Shown here piece by piece: positions 17,601 through 17,666 of a stretch of 17,666 nt of DNA. Source of the DNA: Promethearchaeota archaeon (GTDB lineage: Archaea > Asgardarchaeota > Lokiarchaeia > Sigyniarchaeales > SOKP01). The stretch lies in assembly GCA_016926735.1 (NCBI GenBank), contig JAFGOA010000082.1:1-17666 (forward strand). The letters run 5' to 3'. Below the pieces are notes generated by a model, which saw only the letters and a list, made by a program, of their open reading frames with translations, was not told the origin of the DNA and ran no database searches. The translations under genes were made by a program, and so were the position numbers. Each line of letters begins with the position of its first letter. Position 1 is the stretch's first letter.

Positions 17601-17666
17601 AAAAACACCTCTTTATATGTATATAATACCATTTTGGATTAAAATTTTATAAAGTTATATTTAATA

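Overview
Very AT-rich accessory region, probably from an Asgard (Lokiarchaeia-like) archaeon. This host call is inferred from the LRR protein style, the HDINNILQ-type kinase H-box and archaeal GAGGTG(A)-type Shine-Dalgarno (SD) motifs. Cargo genes face both ways: a CheB-CheR-PAS-histidine kinase fusion, an ArsR regulator, a TumE/TumA-like toxin-antitoxin pair whose toxin has an in-frame TAG, a ~1150-aa LRR protein, a LacI-type sensor with no HTH, an ICMT/PEMT methyltransferase, a DUF3795 protein and hypotheticals. The main unexplained structure is an intergenic site, TRAAATGGGGDTATYACTAA-N7-CTAATAA. It occurs six times clearly (plus 2-3 degenerate copies), always on the same strand, and cuts the window into 1-6.5 kb gene modules. 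Three copies have phased upstream TTTTAATGGA repeats, and several share a conserved downstream arm. This looks like a tandem array of recombinase-mobilised gene cassettes that is neither an integron nor CRISPR; no recombinase gene lies in the window. Other points: a filled/empty pair of one locus, several genes that seem to need non-canonical start codons, a tRNA 3'-fragment and an IS200/IS605-like end hairpin.
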